Source: an uncultured Lachnospiraceae bacterium (GTDB lineage: Bacteria; Bacillota; Clostridia; Lachnospirales; Lachnospiraceae). Taken from it: 62,031 nucleotides of DNA. The stretch spans positions 1 to 62,031 of the forward strand of contig CANQGA010000001.1 in the NCBI GenBank assembly GCA_947600145.1. The letters run 5' to 3'. Made by a program: the position numbers and the translations under genes. Positions 46,998-57,109 of this stretch are shown here, one piece after another; the first letter of the stretch is position 1; every line of letters starts with the position of its first letter. The notes below the pieces were generated by a model that was given only the letters and a program-made list of their open reading frames with translations, was not told where the DNA came from and did not search any database.

Positions 46998-48284
46998 TCA
47001 TACGGTCACGATCCCGGCGCCGCACAGGGCCTGCAGGGATTTTAAGATCCCGAGCTTCGCGTGATACCAGGTCAGACCGCCCTGGAAAAATACCGTATAC
47101 GGCGGCCTTATCGGCGCGTCGGCGCTCAGCTCGATGGACGAGCCCTGCACGAACGCCCCGGCGGCCATGATCACCGGCGAATCATAGCCCGGCATGTCCC
47201 ACGGCTCCGGCTTCACATAGCTGTCCACAGGCGCCGCCGCCTGGATCCCCTCGCAGAAGGCGACGACCGCCTCCGGTTTTCCGAACGTGACCGCCTGGAT
47301 GATGTCGTGACGCTCTTCCGTCCCGTTCGGATGCACGGAAAATCCCAGCTTCTCATAGACGTTCGCCGCGAATACCGCTCCCTTCAGCGCCCCGGCCACC
47401 ACGGTCGGAGCAAGGAAAAAGCCCTGGTAGAGCGACTGATTAAGCCCAAGGCTCGCTCCCACTTCTCTCCCGAGCCCCGGAGCGCTCAGGCGGTAGGAAG
47501 CGCGGTCGATGCAGTCCCGCCGCCCCGCGATATAACCGCCGATGGGCGCCAGACCGCCGCCCGGATTCTTGATCAGGGAACCGACGATCATATCCGCGCC
47601 CACGTCGGCAGGCTCGATGGTCTCGACAAATTCCCCGTAGCAGTTGTCAACCATGCAGATCACGTCCGGTTTGATCTTTTTAACAAACGCGATCAGCTGA
47701 CCGATCTGCTCCACCGAGAAGGTAGGCCGCACCGCGTAACCCCTGGAGCGCTGGATCGTCACCAGCTTCGTCTTATCATTGACCGCTTTCGCGATATTTT
47801 CATAATCAAAGGTCCCGTCCGGCAGCAGGTCCACCTGCCGGTAGGAAACGCCGTATTCGGCCAGGGAACCGACAGACGGACGGATGCCGATGACCTCCTC
47901 CAGCGTGTCGTAGGGGCCGCCTGCCGGGGACAGAAGCTCATCGCCCGGCCGCAGGTTGCCGGAAAGCGCGATATGGAGCGCGTGGGTCCCGCTCATGAGC
48001 TGTGGGCGCACCAGGGCCGCTTCCGTATGGAAGCAGGACGCGTAGACCTGCTCCAGCGTGTCGCGGCCGATATCGTTATAGCCGTAGCCGGTGGTCGCCG
48101 CGAAATGGATATCGCTGACCCGGTTGTCCTGCATGGCCTTAAGGACCTTCAGCTGGTTATATTCGGCCCTGGCGTCAATGGCTTCAAAACGCGGCTTTAA
48201 AGCCGCCTCCACCGCCGCGGTGAAGCTCAGCACATTTTCACTGATGCCCAGGGCGCGGTACATATGATTAAAATCCGGCTGCAT
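46998..48284 (-). CDS. PLP-dependent methionine gamma-lyase-like / YnbB (aluminium resistance) protein
   Basis: TGYGYNDIGRD, SGTHA, VDNCYGEF, GSLIKNPGGG. Confidence 0.92.
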   Translation of the reverse strand: MQPDFNHMYRALGISENVLSFTAAVEAALKPRFEAIDARAEYNQLKVLKAMQDNRVSDIHFAATTGYGYNDIGRDTLEQVYASCFHTEAALVRPQLMSGTHALHIALSGNLRPGDELLSPAGGPYDTLEEVIGIRPSVGSLAEYGVSYRQVDLLPDGTFDYENIAKAVNDKTKLVTIQRSRGYAVRPTFSVEQIGQLIAFVKKIKPDVICMVDNCYGEFVETIEPADVGADMIVGSLIKNPGGGLAPIGGYIAGRRDCIDRASYRLSAPGLGREVGASLGLNQSLYQGFFLAPTVVAGALKGAVFAANVYEKLGFSVHPNGTEERHDIIQAVTFGKPEAVVAFCEGIQAAAPVDSYVKPEPWDMPGYDSPVIMAAGAFVQGSSIELSADAPIRPPYTVFFQGGLTWYHAKLGILKSLQALCGAGIVTV

Positions 48285-49233
48285 GATCGTATACTTTCCT
48301 TTCTTCCATCTCATTCAGAATGTGCTTAAGGACCTTCTCCCTGTCATTGTCAAAATCAGGCAGGTTCAGCCAACGCACGTCCCTCTCCCGCTTAAACCAT
48401 GTGATCTGACGCTTGGCGAAATGCCGGGTATCCCGCTTGATGATACGGACCGCTTCCTCCAGGGAATACTCTCCTTCCAGGTATGCCAGGATCTCCTTAT
48501 AGCCCAGACCCTGCATGGAGACCATCTGGCGGTCACAGCCCATGGCGGACAGACGCCGGACCTCCTCCAGGAGCCCCTGTTCCATCATTGCGTCCACCCG
48601 GCGGTCGATCCGCCCGTAAAGCGCGGCCCGGTCGGTATTAAGGACATAGTAGAGAAAGTTATAGGGGGATTCCTTTTCCCGCTGTTCTTCATTGTGGACG
48701 GAAATGGGTTCACCGGTCTGCCGGTAGAACTCGATGGCCCGGATCGTCCGCTTGATATTGTTGGAATGGATCGCTTCGGCGGACGCCGGATCGATGCTGC
48801 GCAGCATCGCGTGGAGATATTCCGGCCCCCGTTCGGCCGCCAGCTGCTCCAGTTCCTGCCGCAGGGCCGTATCGGCATCGCTCTCCGTAAAATCGATGTC
48901 ATACAGAAGAGCCTGGATATAGAAACCGGTGCCTCCAACCACGACCGGAATATGCCCCCGGCCGTAAATGCCGCGCAGCGCTTCCTTCGCCATGGTCTGA
49001 AAAGCGACTACATTAAAATCCTCCGACGGCTCCAGAACATCGATCAGATGGTGGGGAACACCGTCCATTTCCTCCGGCGTCACTTTGGCGGAACCGATAT
49101 CCATATGGCGGTAGACCTGCATGGAGTCGGCGCTGACGATCTCCCCGCCGACGGCTTTGGCCAGACGGATCGAAAGGTCAGTCTTTCCCACGGCCGTGGG
49201 CCCCGTAAGTATGACAAGCGGCGGTCGGTTCAT
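48268..49233 (-). CDS. miaA: tRNA dimethylallyltransferase
   Basis: GPTAVGKT, SADSMQVY, VGGTGFY, AKRQITWF. Confidence 0.97.
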   Translation of the reverse strand: MNRPPLVILTGPTAVGKTDLSIRLAKAVGGEIVSADSMQVYRHMDIGSAKVTPEEMDGVPHHLIDVLEPSEDFNVVAFQTMAKEALRGIYGRGHIPVVVGGTGFYIQALLYDIDFTESDADTALRQELEQLAAERGPEYLHAMLRSIDPASAEAIHSNNIKRTIRAIEFYRQTGEPISVHNEEQREKESPYNFLYYVLNTDRAALYGRIDRRVDAMMEQGLLEEVRRLSAMGCDRQMVSMQGLGYKEILAYLEGEYSLEEAVRIIKRDTRHFAKRQITWFKRERDVRWLNLPDFDNDREKVLKHILNEMEERKVYDHAAGF

Positions 49234-49320
49234 ATGAAATCACTGCTCCTTCCTGCAAAACCCTTTGCCTGTGCGGCAAGCCCCATCCGTCATACGAGAC
49301 GACTTCCTTATCATCCCGCG

Positions 49321-50124
49321 TCAGTCAAGCGAAATAACCTCCATATCGTCCGGCACGAAGAGATTTCCGTGATAATACTGCTTTCCCTCTGCCGTGTAAA
49401 GCTTTTTGCGGTTCCTGATATTTTTGTCCTCCGTATGGTAAAGGATCAGGTTCTTTACGCCCAGCCGCTCCGCCAGCTCGCAGGCGTCCTTGACCGTGGA
49501 GTGATTCTTCTTATACGGATCGAAGATATCCGCCTGGGAATAGAGGCAGAACGCCTCATGGAGCAGCCAGTCGCTGCCGGCGGCGTAAGGCTCCTCATAG
49601 TCGCAGTACGGCTCGTCTCCGCAGCAGGTCAGCTTCTTCCCTCCGCCGTATTCCACCGAAAAGCCGTACTGTTTCGCCTTCGTGGACTGAATATCGAACA
49701 CCCGGAAACGGTGTCCCATGGCCTCGAATTCGTCCCCGTCCGCAAGCGTCACGAAATGCAGCCGCTCGCCGATAAAATGCAGCGTTTTCTTCTCCAGGAC
49801 CATCTCCGCGATCTTCGTCAGGATATCGACCACCTCGTCGTGGGCGTAGATCCATGCCTCGCCGTCATATTTGCCCCGGTGCATGTTCTGGGTGATCAGG
49901 CGGATCATCCACACGATCCCCAGCAGATGGTCGATGTGCTTGTGGGTCACGAAAATGTGCCGCATGTCCTTCCAGTCGTATCCGGCGGCCTTCAGCCGGT
50001 GCAGCACCTCATTGCCGCCTCCCCCGTCCACCATCAGATACTGTCCCGCGTCCTCCAGGACGAAGCAGGTATTATAGCATTCCGTCACGGCGGCGTTGCC
50101 GGTTCCCAAAAGAGTGATCTTCAA
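49321..50124 (-). CDS. MBL-fold metallo-hydrolase (RNase Z-like)
   Basis: LLGTG, THKHIDH, HEAF, HST, LYH; TTG start. Confidence 0.88.
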   Translation of the reverse strand: MKITLLGTGNAAVTECYNTCFVLEDAGQYLMVDGGGGNEVLHRLKAAGYDWKDMRHIFVTHKHIDHLLGIVWMIRLITQNMHRGKYDGEAWIYAHDEVVDILTKIAEMVLEKKTLHFIGERLHFVTLADGDEFEAMGHRFRVFDIQSTKAKQYGFSVEYGGGKKLTCCGDEPYCDYEEPYAAGSDWLLHEAFCLYSQADIFDPYKKNHSTVKDACELAERLGVKNLILYHTEDKNIRNRKKLYTAEGKQYYHGNLFVPDDMEVISLD

Positions 50125-50241
50125 ATCGATATCCCTCGCTTTCTCTGGCTGTGTGCGATACGTGGAAAAGTGGAGCCGCATCCGCCGCTCCACTACATAC
50201 AATACCGTATTCTTACTATAAAATCAAGAAAGAAGTGAAAT

Positions 50242-51030
50242 TTATGCCTGCGTCTCTTCCCAGCAGATCCGGATCGCGTACCAGAGCGCCGCCGCGGAGA
50301 TCACAACAAGCGCCAGTTCCACCGCCAGCGTGGGAAGTACACCTGCGGCGATCACCGTCAGGAAATCCACCAGGAAATGAAGCCCATATGCCAGAAGCAG
50401 ACAGTCTCTGCGGCCGTTCTTGACCGCGCGGAACATTAAAAGCGAAAGCCCGATCTGCAGCGCCAGAGCGGAAACGCGCTCCACGCCGCCCATGTAGAAC
50501 ATGAACGCCGGCGTCTGCCAGAGCGCCGTCAGCTGCTCGTAGGTCAGCTGGGCCGTCGCCGCATCCAGCTGGGCCATGACCTCCGAGATGCCGCCGTTGT
50601 TGATCATTGCCGAGGTGAGCAGATTGTTGACGGAGACCATTCCCATCAGCATGATCGCCTCGACGCCGCCATGACCCACGCCGTACATCAGCGCGTTTTC
50701 ACGGTTCAGGTTATTCTTCATCAGGAAACGCATGGCAATATAACGTCCCGATTCCTCGAACAGCGCCGCGGCCAGTCCGCCGTACAGCGCGTAAAGAAAG
50801 ACATTGGAAGTCAGGGCCGTCCCTGCGGCTGACAGAACCACCGCATGCAGAAGCTGTTCCAGGATCATCGCAAAAAAGATAAATGTTCCCGCGCCGACAA
50901 AGATGGTCATCAGCTGTCCTTTGAATTTCCTGCTGAACAGAACCGCCAGCGCGATCGGCAGCCCCATCGAAACGATCAGTGAAAATACCATTCCGGCCAT
51001 ACTGGCCGTTGAAACCGTTCCCCATTCCAT
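50242..51030 (-). CDS. YhfC-family intramembrane glutamic-type protease
   Basis: Multi-TM; FEESGR, GVGHGGVE, ER, LHFLVD. Confidence 0.88.
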   Translation of the reverse strand: MEWGTVSTASMAGMVFSLIVSMGLPIALAVLFSRKFKGQLMTIFVGAGTFIFFAMILEQLLHAVVLSAAGTALTSNVFLYALYGGLAAALFEESGRYIAMRFLMKNNLNRENALMYGVGHGGVEAIMLMGMVSVNNLLTSAMINNGGISEVMAQLDAATAQLTYEQLTALWQTPAFMFYMGGVERVSALALQIGLSLLMFRAVKNGRRDCLLLAYGLHFLVDFLTVIAAGVLPTLAVELALVVISAAALWYAIRICWEETQA

Positions 51031-51112
51031 AATTCATTCATTCCCTCCTTATATTTCTTCTCTGCTTTTGCGGACAGAAAAAACCTGACATCCAGGTGAA
51101 AACGAATTCCAG

Positions 51113-52285
51113 TCAATCCGAAATCTCAGCCGTCAGCCGTTCATAGATCGCCTGTGTCTCCGCCTCATTTTTTCCGTTTAAGACAAGTATTTCGCCGCCT
51201 GCTTCGATTACCAGACAGGGGCGGCTGCCTGCATAGGTATAGCGCGTATAGGAGCCGAACTCTTCATTCTCGAATGTTCCCAGGCCCAGACGCGCATTTC
51301 CGAAGCCGAAGCTTCGATAGCCCGGCACGCCGTATTCCCGCAGTTCTATGCTGTCGATCTCATCGTAGGCAACCGTCAGATCGCCCCAGTAAAAGGCATT
51401 GATCGTGAACGCGTCGTCCGCGAAGTCGATGCGGATATTGCCGGTGAACATAAGCGCCGCCGTTCCGATGAGGATCGCGGCGAGAATTCCGACAGAAACC
51501 GCGGATACGGTATATATGCTTCTCCTGCCGGCAACCGTTTGGCCAGAGCCCATCTGTTTCGGATCTGTCTGAGCGCTCTGCGATATCTGTGTCCCGGACA
51601 GCTTTCTCTGCTTCCTTTGTCTCCGATAATACAGATAAGAATAAAGAATCGGAGCCAAAGCGACCGCCAGAAGCGCCGCTGGCACGATTCCGTGCCCCAG
51701 CTTTCCGGGAAGGAAACTTCCGATCATCGTCAGAAATCCGCCGGCGACCCAGACCCGGCCGCCGAACCGATGCGTCGCGTTCCAGTTCTCTTCGTCCGTC
51801 AGAGTCCACGGCAAACGGATCCCCACTGTGTGATTCTGTCCGGTCTTGGGAAGATAATTTCCCAAAACGATGAACATCAGGCCCATGCATACAGATATGC
51901 CCACGCTCTGATCCGCGCGGGCGCCGGTATAGATCCGGTACATGGTCCCGCAGCTGAAGATCGATATGATCGGGCAGATCCAGAAGATAAAGCTTATCAT
52001 CTGCTGGTTCCGTTCCCGGTTCTTCGGATCCCGCAGCGTGAGCCAGACCGCCAGAAAATGATTCAGCAGACAGAACAGCGACGTAACGATCATCGCCTTC
52101 AGGCGGCCGTCCGCGACCGAAGACGCCATCCCCATCCCTCCGGCTTCGGACGACGCACTCCCCGCGCCGACGGCCAGCAGGCAGAGTCCGGCAGCGGCCG
52201 GCAGGAGCACAAGGATCGACGACAGAATGATCTGCCGCTTATACTGCTTCATGATAAATGAGAAATCTTCTTCCGGACGACGCAT
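51113..52285 (-). CDS. SdpI-family immunity protein with a C-terminal extension
   Basis: GNYLPK...GIRLPWTL.DEENWNATHRFGG; extra TM and PH-like C-terminal module. Confidence 0.85.
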   Translation of the reverse strand: MRRPEEDFSFIMKQYKRQIILSSILVLLPAAAGLCLLAVGAGSASSEAGGMGMASSVADGRLKAMIVTSLFCLLNHFLAVWLTLRDPKNRERNQQMISFIFWICPIISIFSCGTMYRIYTGARADQSVGISVCMGLMFIVLGNYLPKTGQNHTVGIRLPWTLTDEENWNATHRFGGRVWVAGGFLTMIGSFLPGKLGHGIVPAALLAVALAPILYSYLYYRRQRKQRKLSGTQISQSAQTDPKQMGSGQTVAGRRSIYTVSAVSVGILAAILIGTAALMFTGNIRIDFADDAFTINAFYWGDLTVAYDEIDSIELREYGVPGYRSFGFGNARLGLGTFENEEFGSYTRYTYAGSRPCLVIEAGGEILVLNGKNEAETQAIYERLTAEISD

Positions 52286-52588
52286 TCATTCCTCCTTTGC
52301 AGGTCCAAGCTTCATGACACAGCCGCTCTCTTCCGTCAGATCCGTGATCCAGAGCATGATCTCCTCCAGAACCGACACATTCAGTTCATAGAAAATGTAC
52401 TTGCCCTCCCGCTGGTCCCGGATCAGATCCGCGTCCTTTAAGACCGACAGATGCCTGGAAACGGACGCGCCGCTGACCGGAAAATGTTCCGCGATCTCGC
52501 CTGCGGACATCCGGCCCGGCTTCAGGAGATTTAAGATCTCGCGCCGGGTCGGATCCGCCAGCGCCCTTAGTGTATCCTGCATTCCCAT
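52286..52588 (-). CDS. ArsR-family autorepressor, SdpR-like
   Basis: ALADPTRREIL...SVSRHLSVLK...REGKYIFY. Confidence 0.92.
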   Translation of the reverse strand: MGMQDTLRALADPTRREILNLLKPGRMSAGEIAEHFPVSGASVSRHLSVLKDADLIRDQREGKYIFYELNVSVLEEIMLWITDLTEESGCVMKLGPAKEE

Positions 52589-52604
52589 GAGAATCCGCCT
52601 CTAT

Positions 52605-52662
52605 ATTTAACATTTAACTTAAATGTTAAATGTAATATAACACATGACGCGGATAATGTCAA
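52605..52662 (-). promoter_or_regulatory. Promoter with a perfect palindromic operator for sdpR-sdpI
   Basis: Minus strand TTGACA-17bp-TATATT; ATTTAACATTTAA-C-TTAAATGTTAAAT (52605-52631) at the transcription start. Confidence 0.8.
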
Positions 52663-52729
52663 CATCTCTTTTATTTCCGGACAAAATAAACTGTTTGCGG
52701 TACGGATTCTGCGGCATAAAGCGCAGAAA

Positions 52730-52768
52730 GCCGCTGCTCAGCTGACATGGGATCAGCTTCGCAGCGGC
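52730..52768 (-). terminator. Hairpin after the anti-sigma gene
   Basis: GCCGCTGC..AGCTGA / TCAGCT..GCAGCGGC. Confidence 0.5.
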
Positions 52769-52821
52769 GCATTTATGTTTTCATGCAGGCAGGGCGACGG
52801 TGACGCTCCTATCGTATTCCG

Positions 52822-54099
52822 TCATTTCAGCGGAATGATATAATAACTGTTCTCTCCCCGCGGCTTCCCCGCTTCATCCGGATTCGGCAGGACCAGCGCG
52901 TCCACCTGCGCCAGATCGACGATCTGTTCGAATGGATGCATGATGCGGTATTCCGTCTTCGTATCATCCGTAAAGGAGCCTCCACCGCCGTCCGAAAGGA
53001 ACGGAAGCATGGTGCCGTCCTTAAACCGAAGGCCGCAGGGATACGTCAGCTCCGAGACAAATTCCGGATCGGTTCCGTCCGGAACCGACAGCAGCGCGCG
53101 GATCGACACCGGCGATATTTCCAGTTCCTTTACCGTAATCCCGGTCTCTCCGATGGGGGCCGCGGCGGTAAATGTCCGGTAGGCGTCGCTGCCGGAAAGC
53201 GGAATGGTAAAGTCCCAGCTTCCCTCCGCAAGCTTACGGAATGTTCCCAGATCGAAGGTTCCCAGATCGTGAAATGTGATATGGAGTTCCCGGCCCAGAA
53301 AGCTGTCGTCCGTATCTGACGATATCTGGAAAATGTACTCCATTGTACCGTTTTCATCCGCATACCGCGGCACCAATGGGCCGTCCGGAACCGTCCCGTC
53401 CTCGTAGACCGGGTGGCCGCTGCCGTCGGAAACGATTCCGTCGTAGAAGCTGTGGCAGGCGTTGAACCAGCTGGTCCGGCCGTTTAGATCGTCGCCGAAC
53501 CCGTGAAGATCCACGTTATCAAAGCCCGGCTCCGCTCCATCCGGAAGCGCGAACCCGTCCACCGTGAAGGAGATCCACACGCAGTCGCCGGCAGCGACGG
53601 TTGTGTGCGGCGCGATGGTAACGCCGTTTACCGTGACCGGCGCGATCTTCTGTATCGCCGGGTTTTCTTCTGTTGTGTCGGGACCGGTTTCTGCCGCGGC
53701 GCTTTCGGAAAACACAACAGCCATCCCCTGCTCCGCCAGTTCTTTCTGCTGCTCAGGCGATGCCTTCAGGGCGCCGCTCATTCCGCGGCCCCAGTAGGTG
53801 TAGGCCGCAGCGGCCGCCGTGATCACTCCTGCCGCCAGAAGCACCGCGCACGCCGCCGCTGCCGCCGTACGACGATATTTCCATGCGGGAAGTGTGCCAG
53901 TGGCACGCTTCCTGTATTTCCATGCGGGCAGGGCGCCGGTGGCACGCTCCCTGGATTGCCGCGTCCGCAAGCCGTAAATTCTGCCTGTCCGCTGCCCGGA
54001 TGTCTCCCGGATCTGCCGGAATGCCGCGTTCATTTTCTCATTTACCACGTCCGGCAGCTCTGTTTCTTCTCTAAATACATAGAATTCTCTGTTTTTCAT
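52822..54099 (-). CDS. Putative single-pass anti-sigma factor (DUF4179-like)
   Basis: Short basic cytoplasmic N-terminus, Ala-rich TM, acidic beta-rich extracellular part (GSWDFTIPL, ITVKELEISP); directly downstream of an ECF gene. Confidence 0.78.
   Translation of the reverse strand: MKNREFYVFREETELPDVVNEKMNAAFRQIRETSGQRTGRIYGLRTRQSRERATGALPAWKYRKRATGTLPAWKYRRTAAAAACAVLLAAGVITAAAAAYTYWGRGMSGALKASPEQQKELAEQGMAVVFSESAAAETGPDTTEENPAIQKIAPVTVNGVTIAPHTTVAAGDCVWISFTVDGFALPDGAEPGFDNVDLHGFGDDLNGRTSWFNACHSFYDGIVSDGSGHPVYEDGTVPDGPLVPRYADENGTMEYIFQISSDTDDSFLGRELHITFHDLGTFDLGTFRKLAEGSWDFTIPLSGSDAYRTFTAAAPIGETGITVKELEISPVSIRALLSVPDGTDPEFVSELTYPCGLRFKDGTMLPFLSDGGGGSFTDDTKTEYRIMHPFEQIVDLAQVDALVLPNPDEAGKPRGENSYYIIPLK
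53876..53948 (-). repeat. In-frame 39-bp imperfect tandem duplication
   Basis: RATGALPAWKY / RATGTLPAWKY just before the TM helix. Confidence 0.85.
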
Positions 54100-54142
54100 C
54101 CTGTATCTCCTCTTCGTAAGATTGTGTCGGTCATTTCTCCGT

Positions 54143-54682
54143 TTACTCCCCGTCCCGGTAATACCTCGCCAGCTTCTCCCGGCCGCGCTGAAGCCGCGTC
54201 TGGACCGTACTTTTCGGGATCCGCAGAATCTGTGCGATCTCATCGGTCCGATAGCCCTCCGCGTAGAAGAGAACCATTATGACCCGGTATTTCTCATCGA
54301 GAGTCGCCAGCGCTTCCTTCAGTTCCAGATTGTAATGATCTTCCTCCGCCGGCTCCGGCATCTCCTCAATGTCCGCGTAGCGACGCCTCTCATCCCGCAG
54401 ATCATAGCATTTGCGGATCAGGATCCGGGTCATCCAGGTGCCGAAATACCGGTCATCCCGAAGCGAATGCATCTTCTCCCAGCAGGTCAGGATCGTATCC
54501 TGGATCGCGTCGGCCGCGTCCTCGTCATTTAAGAGGATCGCCAGCGCAACTCGGTACATCCTCTTCGCGTGAAGCTGCATCAGGCTGACGAACGCGTCAG
54601 GATCCCGGCTTTTCGCGCGGGCAACGAGCTGACGGCCGGGGCCGTTCTTCTCTGTATTCGGGTGAATCTCTGTTGTCTCCAT
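54143..54682 (-). CDS. ECF sigma factor (SigV/SigW-like)
   Basis: DAADAIQDT...FGTWMTRIL; EIAQILRIPKSTVQTRLQRGR. Confidence 0.93.
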   Translation of the reverse strand: METTEIHPNTEKNGPGRQLVARAKSRDPDAFVSLMQLHAKRMYRVALAILLNDEDAADAIQDTILTCWEKMHSLRDDRYFGTWMTRILIRKCYDLRDERRRYADIEEMPEPAEEDHYNLELKEALATLDEKYRVIMVLFYAEGYRTDEIAQILRIPKSTVQTRLQRGREKLARYYRDGE

Positions 54683-54799
54683 AGGCTCTTTTCCTGTGCC
54701 TTTCTGTCTGATTTGCAGTGCGGCAGATATAACTTTCCGTGCCGCTGCGCCTGTGACTTATTATGCTGCATTTTCTTTCGTGAACGTTCACTGTACCGT

Positions 54800-54842
54800 A
54801 TACATCTATTAGACGGGGAAACTCATTACGAAATCCCATATT
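54800..54842 (-). promoter_or_regulatory. Candidate ECF autoregulatory promoter
   Basis: Minus strand ...GGGATTT...CGTCTAATAG; CGTC is the typical -10 of Firmicute ECF promoters. Confidence 0.4.
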
Positions 54843-54943
54843 ATTGAAAAATATTTCGGAGCATAAAAACGGAGACAATCCGGATCCTCGGACTGTCCCT
54901 GACTTAACAGCTCTGTTCTTATTACCCCTATCTGCTTCCCCTG

Positions 54944-55861
54944 TTACTTCGGCGCCATTTCGCTGTGTGAACGCTTCTGAAACACGATCCATCGTTTCTC
55001 GCCGCTTTCGTCTGCCATATAGACTTCAATCGTATCTTCAACCGAACCATATTGATAACCGGCTCCGACACCAAAGTTTGACTGGTTATCCTCCGTGGGA
55101 TACGCCGAACCGTCTACGGTCGATGTGATAGTTCCGTCCATGTTGCCGCAGCGCCCGCTGACAGTGCTCTCTTCTCCTGTTGAAAAATAAAGCTCGCCGT
55201 TCACCATGACCGCAGGGAACGCAATAGCCGCTGGAATCGCATCCGTTTCTTTGCTGTCATCGTGCTTCGATTCCGACTCCCAGTATTCGCTGATATCATG
55301 ATGGAACTTTGTACTGAAAAGGGCGCCGTCCTCAAGCCGGCAGAGCGGCAGACTGTCTGAACCATCCGCGATAAAAGTAAGTTCGGTTCTGTCGTCATTG
55401 ATCCGAAAACGGAAATTTTTAAATCCTTCCGATGTCGCGGAATCTCTCAGCGTGACAATATCCCCGTCCACGTCAAAATAGCCCCTGTAGATCGTACTGC
55501 TCAGCGGTCCTTCGCACATCTGGAACGTGTTAAACGGTTCCAGTGTAACGACGAAGTCGCCGCCAAACCCGACTTCTTCCCATACGAACGTGACTGGCTC
55601 GGATACATAACTTTCTTCGGCGGAAAAGCCGGTTGGTGATGCCTCCATTTCCGACACAGTATCTGCCTCTGAAGGTGTTTTTGTTTCTGAAACAATATCG
55701 GCTGCTGACACTATTTCCGCTTCTGTCAGCGCAGATGCAGCCGAGTCACCGCCGGAAAGACCTGCAGTTGTATCCACGGTCTCATTGTTAATATGAGTTC
55801 TACACGCTGTCAGCAGTGCCATGCACATCAGCGCCGCAATGTAAAAGCGATTCTTCTTCAA
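54944..55861 (-). CDS. Hypothetical lipoprotein
   Basis: Basic N-terminus and lipobox LLTAC, S/T/E-rich linker, two globular modules. Confidence 0.75.
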   Translation of the reverse strand: MKKNRFYIAALMCMALLTACRTHINNETVDTTAGLSGGDSAASALTEAEIVSAADIVSETKTPSEADTVSEMEASPTGFSAEESYVSEPVTFVWEEVGFGGDFVVTLEPFNTFQMCEGPLSSTIYRGYFDVDGDIVTLRDSATSEGFKNFRFRINDDRTELTFIADGSDSLPLCRLEDGALFSTKFHHDISEYWESESKHDDSKETDAIPAAIAFPAVMVNGELYFSTGEESTVSGRCGNMDGTITSTVDGSAYPTEDNQSNFGVGAGYQYGSVEDTIEVYMADESGEKRWIVFQKRSHSEMAPK

Positions 55862-55906
55862 CAGGAATCTCCCCTTCTCGATGTATGCTTGTTTTCGTTG
55901 GCTCTG

Positions 55907-56968
55907 TTACCTATTAGCGATACGCATGGCATTCGCGTTTTTATGGGACAATTTTTCCCAATCCTCATTCCCCTTCATATAATCAAATGTTTCATCCCCG
56001 AGAGACTCCGAAAGCTTCTGCCTAAGTCCGGCCGTGAAATCCGGATCGACAGCCTTGAACGTCATATGCTGATAAAGCCTGGACTTAGAGACCTCGCCGA
56101 TCGTTTCGATCCGGTCCAGGATCTCCCGCATAAGCCGCGCCGTCCACGCGGTGTCCTTCTCCCATACCGCGACCTCCAGTCCGTAGCAGACTTCATTATA
56201 CCCGCCCATTTCAAATACAGACGCGGCAGAGGACGAGACTTCGACCAGCTTTCTCGCCATCTCATGATCACCGTCCCCCATATAAAGAGCGCGCAGATCA
56301 TTTAACGTCATCTGCAGGTGCTGGTATCCGGTGAAGATCAGTTCCTCGTACGCGCGGTAAGCCTCTGCCCGCTTTCCTGTCCTGCTGTTCACAAGCGCTT
56401 CCTTGCGCTTGCGCTCCGGATTCTCCAGAGAGAAATACTCCAGATATCGGGCTGCTTTCTCATAATCCTCTTTCCGGAAATACGCGTGGAACAGCGAATC
56501 CGCCGCCTGATTGCGGATCCGTTCATCTTCGGAGAGCAGACACCTCTCGTACCATCCGAATATCGCGGGATCATAGTTTTCTTTGCCCGGGAGTTCTGCC
56601 GCCATTCGTCCCGCGTCCAGAACGACGGCCGCCTGCCAGATCAGTTTTCCGCAATTCGGATATTCCTCGATCTTTTCCTTGACGGAACGAAATACGTCAT
56701 CGAAGTCTTTGCTCTTCAGATCCTTTTGAACCTGCTTCAGATACCGGTTGATCTCTTCATCGGTCAGCTCGTCCCGAAAAGATAGAAGCTCATCCGTGGT
56801 AATGCCAAGCAGCCGCGCGATTGGGGCAAGCAGCGCGACATCCGGAAGCGAACTGCCTTTCTCCCATTTATTGACGGCGGGAGCGGTCACGCCGAGACGC
56901 GCTGCCATCTCCTCCTGCGTCAAACCCAGATTCTTCCTGTACTTTTTGATAACATCCCCGATCGTCAT
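55907..56968 (-). CDS. XRE HTH regulator with a C-terminal helical-repeat (TPR-like) domain
   Basis: LTQEEMAARLGVTAPAVNKWEKG..LPD; long all-helical C-terminus. Confidence 0.85.
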   Translation of the reverse strand: MTIGDVIKKYRKNLGLTQEEMAARLGVTAPAVNKWEKGSSLPDVALLAPIARLLGITTDELLSFRDELTDEEINRYLKQVQKDLKSKDFDDVFRSVKEKIEEYPNCGKLIWQAAVVLDAGRMAAELPGKENYDPAIFGWYERCLLSEDERIRNQAADSLFHAYFRKEDYEKAARYLEYFSLENPERKRKEALVNSRTGKRAEAYRAYEELIFTGYQHLQMTLNDLRALYMGDGDHEMARKLVEVSSSAASVFEMGGYNEVCYGLEVAVWEKDTAWTARLMREILDRIETIGEVSKSRLYQHMTFKAVDPDFTAGLRQKLSESLGDETFDYMKGNEDWEKLSHKNANAMRIANR

Positions 56969-57109
56969 GATCCGCTGCCTCCTTTGCGATTTTTGAATCG
57001 ATTTTGAGTATAGTATAGCGGATCCGGGCACGATCGTCTATTGAACATGGGTTAAATAACAGGAAATTAATTTAACTACTGTTTCATATTTTGTTTTATT
57101 CTCAGCGGT

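Noticed and set aside
48283-50238. 651-aa + strand ORF
   Set aside because: Antisense shadow of miaA and the MBL hydrolase; no recognisable motifs; long shadow ORFs are expected at this GC content
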